This document shows, piece after piece, positions 37,791 to 47,838 of a stretch of 64,000 nucleotides of DNA. A program made the translations under genes and the position numbers. The DNA comes from Christensenella sp. UBA7571 (lineage in GTDB: Bacteria > Bacillota > Clostridia > Christensenellales > CAG-917). A model generated the notes under the pieces. It saw only the letters and a list, made by a program, of their open reading frames with translations, searched no databases and had not been told where the DNA came from. The stretch's first letter is position 1. The number at the start of each line of letters is the position of its first letter. The DNA is taken from contig DLLD01000005.1 of the NCBI GenBank assembly GCA_002476605.1, forward strand, positions 702 to 64,701, in the 5' to 3' direction.

Positions 37791-39905
37791 ATGGAAAAAA
37801 GAATTTTCAAGACAACGGTAGGCGGCAGAGAAATGACCGTCGAAACAGGCGCATACTGCGGACAATCCAACGGTTCTTGCATCGTGCGTTGCGGTGATAC
37901 GGTGGTTATGGTCAACGCAACGATGAGCAAAGCTCCGCGTGACGGTATGGACTTTTTCCCTTTGAGCGTTGACTACGAAGAGAAAATGTACGCAATCGGC
38001 AAAATCCCCGGCGGATTTAAGAAGAGAGAGGGCAGAGCAAGCGACAAGGCTATCCTCACGTCGCGTCTTATCGACCGCCCTATTCGTCCGCTTTTCCCCA
38101 AGGGACTTTATAACGACGTTACGGTTATCGCAACGGTTTTGTCGGTTGACACCAACATTCCGCCGGAAGTATTCGGTATGATCGGTTCGTCCGTCGCGCT
38201 TTCTATCAGTGATATACCTTGGGCAGGTCCTACGGGTTCTGTCGTAGTCGGTATGGTCGACGGTGAATACGTCATCAACCCCGACAGCGCACAACGTGCA
38301 AAATCTCGCCTCACCCTCAACCTCGCGGGTACGAAAGACGCAATTATGATGGTTGAAGCGGGCGCAGACGTGATCACCGAACAAGAAATGCTCGGCGCAA
38401 TTATGTTCGGTCACGAAGAGATCAAGAAGATCGTCGCTTTCATCGAAGAGATCCAAAAAGAAGTAGGCAAACCCAAACAAGATATCGAACTCGAACATAT
38501 CCCCGACGACATCAACGAGGCAGTGAGAGCTTACGCAAACGAGAAGATGGATTACGTCCTCGAAGCGTTTGACCGCTACGAGAGAGAGGAAAGAGAAGAC
38601 GCTCTCAACGAAGACGTGCTTGCTCACTTTGCAGATCAATTCAACGACGAAGCAAAGAAGACCAAATTTATCCTCGACAGCCTCTATTATCTCAAAAAAG
38701 AGAAAGTCCGTGCAAAGATCTTGGACAACGGCGTACGCCCTGACGGAAGAAAACTTACCGAAATTCGTCCTATTTGGTGCGAAGTAGGTATGCTCCCGAG
38801 AGTCCACGGCAGTGCAGTCTTCACCAGAGGACAAACGCAAGCTTTGACCACTTGCACGCTCGGCACGATCAGCGAAGCTCAAAAGCTCGAAGGTCTTGAC
38901 GACGACTACTACAAGAGATATATGCATCAATACAATATGCCAGGTTACTCCACCGGCGAAGCAAAAGCGCTCAAGAGTCCCGGCCGTCGTGAAATCGGTC
39001 ACGGCGCACTTGCAGAACGCGCTCTCGAACCCGTTCTTCCCAGCGAGGACGAATTCCCGTACGCAATCCGCACGGTATCCGATATTTTGAGCTCCAACGG
39101 TTCAACCTCACAAGCGTCGGTATGCGGTAGCACGCTCGCACTTATGGACGCAGGCGTTCCTATCAAAGCACCCGTCGCAGGTATCGCAATGGGACTTATC
39201 AAGAACGAAGAGAGCCACAAAGTCGCAGTTCTTACGGATATCCAAGGTCTTGAAGACTTCCTCGGCGATATGGACTTCAAAGTCGCAGGTACTACCGAAG
39301 GTATCACCGCAATCCAAATGGATATCAAGATCAAGGGCATCGACGAGGAGATTCTCACTCGCGCTCTCGAACAAGCTCGTCTCGGCAGACTCGAAATCTT
39401 GGGCAAGATGCTCGCAACTCTTCCCGGACCGCGTGCCGAACTCAGCAAGTTCGCTCCCAAGATCGTGTCCTTCTCAATCGATCCAGATAAGATCCGCGAC
39501 GTCATCGGCACGGGCGGTAAGACCATCAACAAGATCATCGAAGATACCGGCGTAAAAATCGATATCAACGACGAGGGTATGATCTTCATCGCATCAAGCG
39601 ACGACGCAGCCATCAAGAAAGCGCGCACCATCATCGAGAACATCGTTCGCGACGTAGAGGTGGGTGACGTTTACGAAGGCAAAGTCACCAAGATTATGGA
39701 AAACGACAAAGGACAATTTGGCGCATCGGTCAACTTTGCACCCGGCAAAGACGGTATGATCCACATCTCCAAACTTTCCGACCAACGCGTCGAGAAGGTT
39801 ACGGACGTAGTCAACGTCGGTGATATCGTTCTCGTCAAAGTTATTAAAATCGACGAGAAGCACCGTGTTGATCTTCGCCTCAAAGAAGTCATCGCCAAAG
39901 CGTAA
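37791..39905 (+). CDS. pnp: polyribonucleotide nucleotidyltransferase
   Basis: Two RNase PH domains, a KH domain and an S1 domain. Confidence 0.96.
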   Translation: MEKRIFKTTVGGREMTVETGAYCGQSNGSCIVRCGDTVVMVNATMSKAPRDGMDFFPLSVDYEEKMYAIGKIPGGFKKREGRASDKAILTSRLIDRPIRPLFPKGLYNDVTVIATVLSVDTNIPPEVFGMIGSSVALSISDIPWAGPTGSVVVGMVDGEYVINPDSAQRAKSRLTLNLAGTKDAIMMVEAGADVITEQEMLGAIMFGHEEIKKIVAFIEEIQKEVGKPKQDIELEHIPDDINEAVRAYANEKMDYVLEAFDRYEREEREDALNEDVLAHFADQFNDEAKKTKFILDSLYYLKKEKVRAKILDNGVRPDGRKLTEIRPIWCEVGMLPRVHGSAVFTRGQTQALTTCTLGTISEAQKLEGLDDDYYKRYMHQYNMPGYSTGEAKALKSPGRREIGHGALAERALEPVLPSEDEFPYAIRTVSDILSSNGSTSQASVCGSTLALMDAGVPIKAPVAGIAMGLIKNEESHKVAVLTDIQGLEDFLGDMDFKVAGTTEGITAIQMDIKIKGIDEEILTRALEQARLGRLEILGKMLATLPGPRAELSKFAPKIVSFSIDPDKIRDVIGTGGKTINKIIEDTGVKIDINDEGMIFIASSDDAAIKKARTIIENIVRDVEVGDVYEGKVTKIMENDKGQFGASVNFAPGKDGMIHISKLSDQRVEKVTDVVNVGDIVLVKVIKIDEKHRVDLRLKEVIAKA

Positions 39906-39910
39906 CGCAT

Positions 39911-40016
39911 CCAAATAGCAAATAGCTTTGTCAAAGCCCTTTTGTCACTCGTCACGTACGCAAAAGTACGTTAGGCGAGCGCCAAAAGGGCTTTTTCGCG
40001 CTCTTTATCTATTTGG
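39911..40016 (+). repeat. H-family long hairpin, copy 1 (6 nt after pnp stop)
   Basis: CCAAATAG/CTATTTGG and AAAGCCCTTTTG/CCAAAAGGGCTTT stems, apical ACGTAC-GCAAAA-GTACGT, and the conserved internal loop. Confidence 0.85.
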
Positions 40017-40045
40017 AATGTGTTACGACTTTGGCGATGTGAAAG

Positions 40046-40171
40046 CCTAAGCGCACTATTTAGCGAATAACTTCGTCAGAGCCACGCCTCGACAACTCAT
40101 TTACGTTTAGTAAATTAGGGTTGCCGAGATCGTGGCTCTTTCTTGTTCTTCATCTAAATAGTGCGCTTAGG
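40046..40171 (+). repeat. H-family long hairpin, copy 2
   Basis: 18-bp outer stem CCTAAGCGCACTATTTAG/CTAAATAGTGCGCTTAGG, AGAGCCACG/CGTGGCTCT stem, and the same internal loop sequences. Confidence 0.85.
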
Positions 40172-40235
40172 ACTTCCGCAAGTAGTGGAAATATTAGAGC
40201 GCGTTATGCACTTGGCGATGCTGGTTTTGGAGAGA

Positions 40236-40258
40236 ACTTCTTACGAAGTCTTTTTTTT
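40236..40258 (+). terminator. candidate terminator distal to pnp
   Basis: ACTTC-TTAC-GAAGT followed by T8. Confidence 0.5.
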
Positions 40259-40266
40259 AAGGAATC

Positions 40267-40393
40267 GGAATATTCCACAACTCGCACGAAGTGCGAATAT
40301 CACTGTGACAAAGTCACAATATCACTTTTTGCGTAAGCAAAAAATATCACTTGCCAAAGGCAAATATCACTGCGCCTACGGCGCGATATCACT
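40267..40393 (-). repeat. composite repeat E: GGAATATTCC cap + five AATATCACT/hairpin units
   Basis: Cap is at 40267-40276. 9-mers start at 40296, 40318, 40343, 40363 and 40385 (variant GATATCACT). Hairpins are CGCAC-GAA-GTGCG, GTGAC-AAA-GTCAC, TTTTGC-GTAA-GCAAAA, TGCC-AAA-GGCA and GCGCC-TAC-GGCGC. Confidence 0.9.
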
Positions 40394-40411
40394 TTTGATA
40401 TGTAGGAATAT

Positions 40412-40443
40412 AAAGAAAAGTAATGCCTCGGCATTACTTTTCT
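40412..40443 (-). terminator. terminator overlapping the deacetylase stop codon
   Basis: GAAAAGTAATGCC-GAG-GGCATTACTTTTC. Confidence 0.65.
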
Positions 40444-41159
40444 ATTACGTTGCTGACGATATCCACTTTGAGACTTTGAGATTTGAGGTGATAGAGGATA
40501 CGAGGGAGGGCGGTGACGGTGGCGTCGGTGGGGTGCATAAGTATCAAATCTCCCGCTTTGACGTCTTTTATCGCTCGCTCGAATATGATATCGGCGTCTT
40601 TGTCCCGCCAGTCTATCGTGTCGCGCGTCCACATTATCACTTTGTAGTCGAGTTTTTTGCACGCCTCGAACATTTTGTTGCCGATACTTCCGCTCGGGGG
40701 TGCAAACAGTTTGCAGTTTTTATAATCGGGAAGAGAGGACAGTGCGGAGTCGATGAGTTTTTGCGTGACCAAAATTTCGTCCTCGTTTTGTTTGAGGTTG
40801 AGTTTTGCGTGGTCGCGGTGCATATAGCCGTGATTGCCTATTTCAAAGCCGTTTGCGCCGAGTTGGAGCAGTACGTCTTGATTTTTTGCCGCCCACACTC
40901 CGCCTACGAAAAAGGTGGTTTTATAGCCGTATTCGTCAAGAATTTCGGCTATTTTTTTGACGTTGTCGACGTTTTCGTACACGTTGAACATAAGCGATAC
41001 GCTTCCCGAGTCTTGATTGCCTTCGTAAATGGCGTTATTTACCGTTTGCGAGGGGATTTGCTCGGGATAGGTTGCGACGAACGCTATGCCGAAGGTCAAA
41101 AGCAGAGTCGCAAGTATGACAAAATTTGCGCAAAAAGTGCGGAATCTCGTTTCGTTCAT
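40434..41159 (-). CDS. polysaccharide deacetylase (NodB domain, YlxY-like)
   Basis: Start set at MNETRF... (ATG 41159), giving one TM segment plus a NodB domain (FFVGGVW, GNHGYMH). The track ORF extends artificially to 41573. Confidence 0.8.
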   Translation of the reverse strand: MNETRFRTFCANFVILATLLLTFGIAFVATYPEQIPSQTVNNAIYEGNQDSGSVSLMFNVYENVDNVKKIAEILDEYGYKTTFFVGGVWAAKNQDVLLQLGANGFEIGNHGYMHRDHAKLNLKQNEDEILVTQKLIDSALSSLPDYKNCKLFAPPSGSIGNKMFEACKKLDYKVIMWTRDTIDWRDKDADIIFERAIKDVKAGDLILMHPTDATVTALPRILYHLKSQSLKVDIVSNVIEK

Positions 41160-41312
41160 ACCATAAAATATGATTGCGCGATTGAAACTATGTGATATAA
41201 TAAAACGGTAAATCGCAAAAACTCGTTTGCGCCGCCGAAAAATAGGCGGATTTGCACAAAAAATCAAGGGGAAGCAACGGACGGCAAACGCCTCGTTGCA
41301 AGGATAGTAATT

Positions 41313-42584
41313 ATGCAAAAAATGATAAATTTTCCAAGCGGACTTAAACTCGTGTTCGTGCCCAATACCGCGGTGCGTTCCGTTGCAATAGGCGTATTCG
41401 TGGGCGCGGGCGTCGTTAGGGAGACGCCGGATATCGCGGGTATATCTCACTTTATCGAACATATGGTGTTCAAGGGCACGAAAACGCGTTCGAGTTTCGA
41501 TATAGTCAACGAAATCGATTCGATCGGAGCGCAAATCAACGCTTTTACCGCAAAAAGTTACACTTGCTTCCACACGGTGTCAATAGATACCAACGCCGAC
41601 AAGTGCTCCGACGTGCTTTCGGATATGTACTTCAATCCCGCCTTCGACAAAGAGGAACTCGAAAAAGAGCGTAGGGTGGTTATAGAGGAAATCAACGAGA
41701 GTGAAGACACGCCCGACGATTTGTGCCTTGAAAGATTGCTTTGCAACTTCTTTAAGGGCAGTCAACTCGAAAAAGCGATATTAGGCACTAAAAAGACGCT
41801 CAAAGAGATGAACAGCGACACTTTGAGAGCCTATCACGACCGCTATTACGTGGCAAATAACACCGTCGTGTCCGTTGCGGGCAACCTCACCGAGGAAGAA
41901 GCGGTTGCGCTCGTAAACAAGCATTTCGAGAGCAAATTCACGAACGTTGCAAGCGAAAATATGGACTGCGACGTTGCCGTAAGACACGCTCACAGCACGT
42001 CCGTCAAGAAGAAAAAGGAAATCGAGCAAACGCATATTGCTTTTGCATTCCCGAGCTACGCCTACAACGACGAAAGGGGAGTTGCAATGCAACTTATGAC
42101 CATAGTTTTCAGTATGGAAATGTCCTCTCGTCTCTTCCAAAGCGTGCGTGAAAAGCTTGGGCTTTGCTATACCGTATTCGGATATCCGTCCGCATACAAG
42201 AATAACGGCGCGTTTATAATCTACACCTCGACCAGCCCCGAAAACGCAGGAAAAGCGGTGAGAGCGATAAGAAAAGAGATAGATTTGTTGCTCGAAAAAG
42301 GTGTGAGCGAACAAGAACTCGAAAAGGGCAAACAACAACTCAAAACGTCCCTCGTTTTGGGACAAGAAAGCACTACGGCAATGATGCGCACGTTCGGCTC
42401 GCACGCGATTCAAACGGGTGAATTGTACGATTTCGACAAGCGCATTGCGCAAATAGACGCGACTACTTCAGAGGACGTTCTCAAAGCGTCGAGAGAAATT
42501 TTCGATTTTTCAAACGTGTGCGCAAGCATCGTCGCAAAAGAGGACGACGTGGATATTTTGTCGATTATGAAAAACGCAAAATAA
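41313..42584 (+). CDS. M16-family zinc peptidase (YmxG/MlpA-like)
   Basis: HFIEH zinc motif (inverted HxxEH). Confidence 0.85.
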   Translation: MQKMINFPSGLKLVFVPNTAVRSVAIGVFVGAGVVRETPDIAGISHFIEHMVFKGTKTRSSFDIVNEIDSIGAQINAFTAKSYTCFHTVSIDTNADKCSDVLSDMYFNPAFDKEELEKERRVVIEEINESEDTPDDLCLERLLCNFFKGSQLEKAILGTKKTLKEMNSDTLRAYHDRYYVANNTVVSVAGNLTEEEAVALVNKHFESKFTNVASENMDCDVAVRHAHSTSVKKKKEIEQTHIAFAFPSYAYNDERGVAMQLMTIVFSMEMSSRLFQSVREKLGLCYTVFGYPSAYKNNGAFIIYTSTSPENAGKAVRAIRKEIDLLLEKGVSEQELEKGKQQLKTSLVLGQESTTAMMRTFGSHAIQTGELYDFDKRIAQIDATTSEDVLKASREIFDFSNVCASIVAKEDDVDILSIMKNAK

Positions 42585-42716
42585 TGCGGTTAGATAACCG
42601 AAAAATCAATCATAATTATAAAAACGAGCGGTACGAAAACGCTCGTTTTTCGTTGTGAAAACGGAAGGTAAAATTTGTCTTTTGACAATTATTTATTTGA
42701 GAGATTGCACAATTGC

Positions 42717-42745
42717 TTGAAATCGCGCGCGATATGTGGTATAAT
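42717..42745 (+). promoter_or_regulatory. sigmaA promoter for ftsK
   Basis: TTGAAA, 17 nt spacer, TATAAT. Confidence 0.6.
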
Positions 42746-42784
42746 CTCGATACTAATATTATATATAATACGGGTAGGTAAAAC

Positions 42785-45700
42785 TTGACGGATACAAGGC
42801 AAGCAAAAGCAAATAAGGGCAACAGGATTGCAGCGGGCATTTTGGTTATATTGGTGTCGCTGTTTTGTTTCTTGTCGCTGGTTGGCGCACTCGGCGGAGT
42901 GGGCAGAATGGTGTACGGATTTTTGGCGGGATTTTTCGGTCTTGCCGCTTATGCGTACTCGCTTATGGGGCTTATCGTCGGCATTTGCGTGACTTTCGGC
43001 GTGAGAGTGAAGATGCGCCCCTCGAAGGCACTCGTTTATTTCGGCTTGCTGTTGATAGGCATTTTGGCTTTGCACGTCTATACGTCCAGCGCACATATTA
43101 TGGGCGCAAGTTACGGCACTTACCTCAAAAATTGTTACGACAACACCAATACCGCGGGCGGTATGCTTTTCGGTGTGGTGGCGTTCCCGATTATGAAAGC
43201 AATAACTTCCGTCGGCGCACTCGTCGTGGTGTGCGTGGCGTTCTTTATTTTGGCGTTTTTTGCAATTTATCCGTCCTTAAAGCGCAACGTGACTTATACC
43301 GTGGCTTCGGGACGCGACCGCGAAAGACAAATGAGCGCACCCAAGCAAAAACGCAAACTTTTTGAAAGAAAACCCAAACAAAAACAAGTTGAACAAGGTC
43401 AACCTATCGGAGTGCAAACCGCACCGACGATTACGGACTTTTCCAACGTGCAAAACGGCGGTGGACTTTACGTCGTGGACGTCGAGGGAGATCCTTTGCA
43501 ACAAAAGGGCAACAAAAAGGCGTTCGGGGCGGAGGGATACAGTCCGCTCGGCTCTTTCAATCCGCTTTATCCCAACGCGCAAGGCGGTATGGAAGACGAG
43601 GTAAAGCGCGCGCCCAAGTACGATCCCGAGAAGTTCTCGGCAAGAGGCGTGGCAAGAGATATTTTGTTCGGCTCAGGTCCGAGCAAGGACAATCTTGCAA
43701 GATTTGACAGCGTAAGCGACCCGAGAAACGCACTTTCCAGCGTATCTCCGTCTTATAGCGCGGTGCGCAGAAACGAGCTTAAAAACAAACTCGGCGTAGA
43801 CACCACTCAAAGCGCGATCCGCGAAGACTTTATGTCGAGATACAGAGCCGTGCAAGACGAGGTGGTGCAAAACGCGCAAGCTTCTCAAAAGAGCGTGCCC
43901 GTCCAAAACGTCGTAAAGAAAGCGGACGAACCTATCGATTTCAAGCGTGATTTCAACGCGTTGAAACAACAACAAATAGAGCGTTTCGGTGAGATGTACG
44001 CAAAGCCCGAATTCGAGGCGGAAGCACATCTCGAACAACAAGACGAAGCGTGCCTCATTGCGGAACCCGTCAAAAAAGAAGTGGTGAAGCCGACCAAGGT
44101 TATGTCTCACGACGACGGCGTGTCTTCCACTCTCAAAAAAGCGGAAGAGGCTGTCAATAAACCGCAAGTGAACGTGGGTATGCTCGGTGCGCTCAACAGA
44201 GCGATTTCGGGTGAAGAACCGCCCAAACCCGTGGTGAAAGAAGAAGTGACGTCCGAGGCGTACGACAAGCCGAAGACGGATATGGTGTATATTGCAAGAG
44301 ACGATCAAAACGCTCCGCAATCTACGCAAAACGCTTCACAAAACGCGCAAAATAACGCTCAAAACGGTGCTCAAAACGCGGTTTCCGCACCTCAAAGCAA
44401 CGCGGGCGCGGTGCAAGAGACGCAACAAAAACCCGTCGTCGCACCTCGTCAAAGCGCAAGCATAGAGGACTTGGAAAAGAGCGGTTATCAATCGGTGAAG
44501 GGTGAGAAGAAAATTCCGCGTGCATTTGCCGCTACGGCAGTTGATACCACTCAAAAGACGGAAAAGACCGAAGAAACGGAGACCAATTTCTTTGGCGGTA
44601 TCGGCAAAACCAAACCTATCAAAAAGTACGAGATGCAACAAGCGACGCTTGAAAGCACTCGTCCTAAATACGTGGATAACGACAAATCCGTCGGCGGTGA
44701 CGTGCCGAGCGCACCCGCACCTATTCAACAAAAGGTTACGGGCGGTGATATGTCGCGTACCGCTATACAATCCACGACTGCAATCGCAAAGCAATCCGCA
44801 AGAAATATCGAGGACGCAGAGGTGTCCGCTCGTATTCAAAACATAAAACAAGCGATAAAAGAAACGCCGTCTATGGGACAATACGAACGTGAAGCTCTTA
44901 TGAGAGAAGAGAAGATGAAAGCGTCCCAAGGCAGAGGCTTGCAAAGCGTCGAAAAGCCCAAGAAGGCGGAAAAAGAACGCCTTACGCAAGTGAATATGGA
45001 ACAAGCCATCGCGCAAGCCACGCCCAAGCGTCCTTACGTTGCGCCTCCGATATCCTTGCTTGCTCCGCCCGCGCCCGAAATCGACCAAAACGAAGATTAC
45101 GAGCAAAAGAAAGAGCAAATCATCAAGACGCTCAACTTTTTCAGTATTACGGGTGAGGTTATCGACATTTTGGTCGGTCCTACCTTTACGATGTACAAAT
45201 TGCGCGTCGAGATGCCCAAGGGCAGAACTATCGGCTATATTTCCTCTCTCGAAAGCGATATCGCTATGAAGATGGAGGCGGGAAGCGTGCGTATCATCGC
45301 GCCTATCCCCGGTGAGAACGCAGTCGGCATCGAAGTGCCTAACAAGCATCGTCGCAACGTCAACCTCAGCGAGATTATCGGCTCGCCCGAGTTTAACAGC
45401 GCAAAAGCTCCCGCAACGTTTGCTCTCGGCAAAAACCTTTACGGCACGTCGAGAGTGGTGGAAGTGCGCAAACTTCCGCACGTGCTTATCGCTGGTGCAA
45501 CGGGTGCTGGTAAGAGTTGCTGTATCAACTCCATTATCGTCAGCTTGCTCTATAAGGCGTCTCCCGACGACGTGCGTCTTATTCTCATCGACCCCAAGCG
45601 CATAGAAATGAGCGTGTACGCGGGTATTCCGCATTTGCTTATGGACGAGATTATTTGCGATACCGACAAGGCTATCCGCTCTCTCAACTGGGCAATCAGC

Positions 45701-46534
45701 GAGATGGAAAGACGTATCAAGTTCCTTGCGGAAGTCAATTACAGAGATATCGACGAGTACAACGCCGATTGCGCAAAGAACGGCTTTGAAAAAATGCCTC
45801 GTATCGTGATTATCGTCGACGAGTTTGCAGACCTTATGTCTACGGGTAAAAAGGCTGTGGAAGACACCGTCAATCGTATCGCTCGTCTTGCTCGTGCGGT
45901 GGGTATTCACCTCGTGCTTGCAACGCAACGTCCGTCGGTAGACGTCATCAGCGGTACTATCAAGAACAACTTCCCGAGCCGTGTGGCGTTTAAGGTTACG
46001 TCGAGCTTCGACAGTAAAACTATTCTCGACGCAGTCGGAGCGGATAAACTTCTCGGCTACGGAGATATGCTTTATATGATGCCGGGTGCAAACGAGCTTG
46101 AACGTATGCAAGGCGCATTTATATCCAACGAAGAAGTCAAACGCGTGGTCGACTTCGTCAAGTCCAAGAACGACGCGTTCTTCGACAACAGCATTAAGGA
46201 CGCAATCTTCAAGGATAAAGAGGAAGAAAAGCCCGCTCAATCCAAGGGTGATAAATCGCAAGACAAGGACAAAATTCCGCCCGAACTCTTTGACGCGTTG
46301 CAACTCGGCATAGAACTTCGCGAAGAGCAAGACGCGCCTATAAGCATATCCTTTATGCAACGCAGATTGGGACTCGGCTGGCCGAAGGCGGCAAAAATTT
46401 ACGACAAGATGGACCTTATGGGATATCTCACGCCCGACGAGCACGACCCCAAGAAAAAGAAAGTCAATATCTCGTACGAGGAACTCGAAGAGCTTCGAGC
46501 CGCTGCGGAACAAGGTGAAGGAGACGACGAATGA
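42785..46534 (+). CDS. ftsK: DNA translocase FtsK/SpoIIIE
   Basis: N-terminal TM segments, a ~700-aa low-complexity linker, a motor domain (GATGAGKS) and a gamma domain. The TTG start is uncertain. Confidence 0.88.
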   Translation: MTDTRQAKANKGNRIAAGILVILVSLFCFLSLVGALGGVGRMVYGFLAGFFGLAAYAYSLMGLIVGICVTFGVRVKMRPSKALVYFGLLLIGILALHVYTSSAHIMGASYGTYLKNCYDNTNTAGGMLFGVVAFPIMKAITSVGALVVVCVAFFILAFFAIYPSLKRNVTYTVASGRDRERQMSAPKQKRKLFERKPKQKQVEQGQPIGVQTAPTITDFSNVQNGGGLYVVDVEGDPLQQKGNKKAFGAEGYSPLGSFNPLYPNAQGGMEDEVKRAPKYDPEKFSARGVARDILFGSGPSKDNLARFDSVSDPRNALSSVSPSYSAVRRNELKNKLGVDTTQSAIREDFMSRYRAVQDEVVQNAQASQKSVPVQNVVKKADEPIDFKRDFNALKQQQIERFGEMYAKPEFEAEAHLEQQDEACLIAEPVKKEVVKPTKVMSHDDGVSSTLKKAEEAVNKPQVNVGMLGALNRAISGEEPPKPVVKEEVTSEAYDKPKTDMVYIARDDQNAPQSTQNASQNAQNNAQNGAQNAVSAPQSNAGAVQETQQKPVVAPRQSASIEDLEKSGYQSVKGEKKIPRAFAATAVDTTQKTEKTEETETNFFGGIGKTKPIKKYEMQQATLESTRPKYVDNDKSVGGDVPSAPAPIQQKVTGGDMSRTAIQSTTAIAKQSARNIEDAEVSARIQNIKQAIKETPSMGQYEREALMREEKMKASQGRGLQSVEKPKKAEKERLTQVNMEQAIAQATPKRPYVAPPISLLAPPAPEIDQNEDYEQKKEQIIKTLNFFSITGEVIDILVGPTFTMYKLRVEMPKGRTIGYISSLESDIAMKMEAGSVRIIAPIPGENAVGIEVPNKHRRNVNLSEIIGSPEFNSAKAPATFALGKNLYGTSRVVEVRKLPHVLIAGATGAGKSCCINSIIVSLLYKASPDDVRLILIDPKRIEMSVYAGIPHLLMDEIICDTDKAIRSLNWAISEMERRIKFLAEVNYRDIDEYNADCAKNGFEKMPRIVIIVDEFADLMSTGKKAVEDTVNRIARLARAVGIHLVLATQRPSVDVISGTIKNNFPSRVAFKVTSSFDSKTILDAVGADKLLGYGDMLYMMPGANELERMQGAFISNEEVKRVVDFVKSKNDAFFDNSIKDAIFKDKEEEKPAQSKGDKSQDKDKIPPELFDALQLGIELREEQDAPISISFMQRRLGLGWPKAAKIYDKMDLMGYLTPDEHDPKKKKVNISYEELEELRAAAEQGEGDDE

Positions 46535-47838
46535 AAATCGGTGCAATTTCGCTCGGATGCGATAAAAATAGGGTAGATACCGAAAAAATGCTCTCTCGTC
46601 TCACAAACGGCGGTCATACGCTCGTTGGAAGCGAAGAGGAAGCGGACGTAATAATCGTCAATACTTGCGCTTTTATCGACAAGGCAAAAGAGGAGTCGAT
46701 TGACGAGATTTTGAACGCGATAAGCGCAAAAAAGAGCGATAAAAAGAAGAAAATCATAGTTACGGGTTGCCTTGCGCAACGCTATGCGGACACTCTCAAA
46801 GAGGAATTTCCCGAAGTTGACGCAGTGCTCGGCATTGCCGACTACGACGAGATTTTGTCCACCGTGCAAAAGGTGAGCGAAGGCGACAAGGTATACGATT
46901 GCGTGGTTAAAGACCACTTTTACGAAAACAGAGTGCTGACCACGCCGTATCACTACGCTTATCTCAAAATTGCCGACGGTTGCGATAATCATTGCACTTA
47001 TTGCGCAATTCCGTCAATACGCGGAAAATACCGCTCGGAAAAGATGCAAGATTTGCTTGCGGAGGCAAAGAAACTGTCCGACGACGGAGTGAAAGAACTT
47101 ATCCTCGTTGCGCAAGACGTTTCGAGATACGGCACGGACTGGGACGGAAAACCTCATATTATCGAACTTGTGGACGAACTTTCCAAACTCGACTTTGAGT
47201 GGATAAGACTTTTGTATCTCTATCCCGAGATGGTGGACGATACGCTTATAAACTACGTTCTTTCCAATCCCAAAGTGGTGAAGTATATGGATATTCCGCT
47301 TCAACACATAGACGACGCCGTGCTCAAACGTATGAACAGACGCACGAACGAGAAGAGCGTGAGAGAGTTGATTGCAAAGCTCAAAAAAGCGGGTATTGCA
47401 ATCCGTACGACGTTTATTTGCGGTTTCCCCGGTGAAACCGAGGCGCAGTTTGAAAAGCTCAAAGCGTTCGTTGAGGAAACCGAGTTCGACTACGCGGGAT
47501 TCTTTGCGTATTCAAGAGAAGAGGGTACTCCCGCCGACAGACTTGACGGACATCTCGACGAGGAAGTCAAGCAAGCACGCGCGGACGAACTTTGCGCAAT
47601 TCAAGCGCGTATTATTCAAAAACGCAACGCCGAAAAAATCGGTGAGCGCGTAAGAGTTATATACGACGATATCGATTACGACAAGCAATTGTTCGTGGGC
47701 AGAATGCCTACGCAAGCACCCGATATCGACAACGTCGTATACTTTACGTCCGACGAGAGAGTGCAAATAGGCAATTTCTACGACGTGCTTATCGAAGGTA
47801 CGGACGGCATTGACCTCGTAGGGAGGTGTGTGGAATGA
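46531..47838 (+). CDS. rimO: ribosomal protein S12 methylthiotransferase
   Basis: MTTase N-terminal domain, CDNHCTYC radical SAM motif, TRAM domain. Confidence 0.9.
   Translation: MKIGAISLGCDKNRVDTEKMLSRLTNGGHTLVGSEEEADVIIVNTCAFIDKAKEESIDEILNAISAKKSDKKKKIIVTGCLAQRYADTLKEEFPEVDAVLGIADYDEILSTVQKVSEGDKVYDCVVKDHFYENRVLTTPYHYAYLKIADGCDNHCTYCAIPSIRGKYRSEKMQDLLAEAKKLSDDGVKELILVAQDVSRYGTDWDGKPHIIELVDELSKLDFEWIRLLYLYPEMVDDTLINYVLSNPKVVKYMDIPLQHIDDAVLKRMNRRTNEKSVRELIAKLKKAGIAIRTTFICGFPGETEAQFEKLKAFVEETEFDYAGFFAYSREEGTPADRLDGHLDEEVKQARADELCAIQARIIQKRNAEKIGERVRVIYDDIDYDKQLFVGRMPTQAPDIDNVVYFTSDERVQIGNFYDVLIEGTDGIDLVGRCVE

Noticed and set aside
40283-40393. DnaA-box cluster or oriC interpretation of the AATATCACT arrays.
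   Set aside because: The 9-mer differs from TTATCCACA at several positions. Four separate arrays lie within 25 kb, and no dnaA/dnaN or AT-rich unwinding element is adjacent.
44290-44400. QNA/QNAQN tandem repeats in FtsK (…QSTQNASQNAQNNAQNGAQNAVS…).
   Set aside because: They lie in the long low-complexity linker that is normally variable in FtsK/SpoIIIE proteins. This is an ordinary feature, not a separate element.
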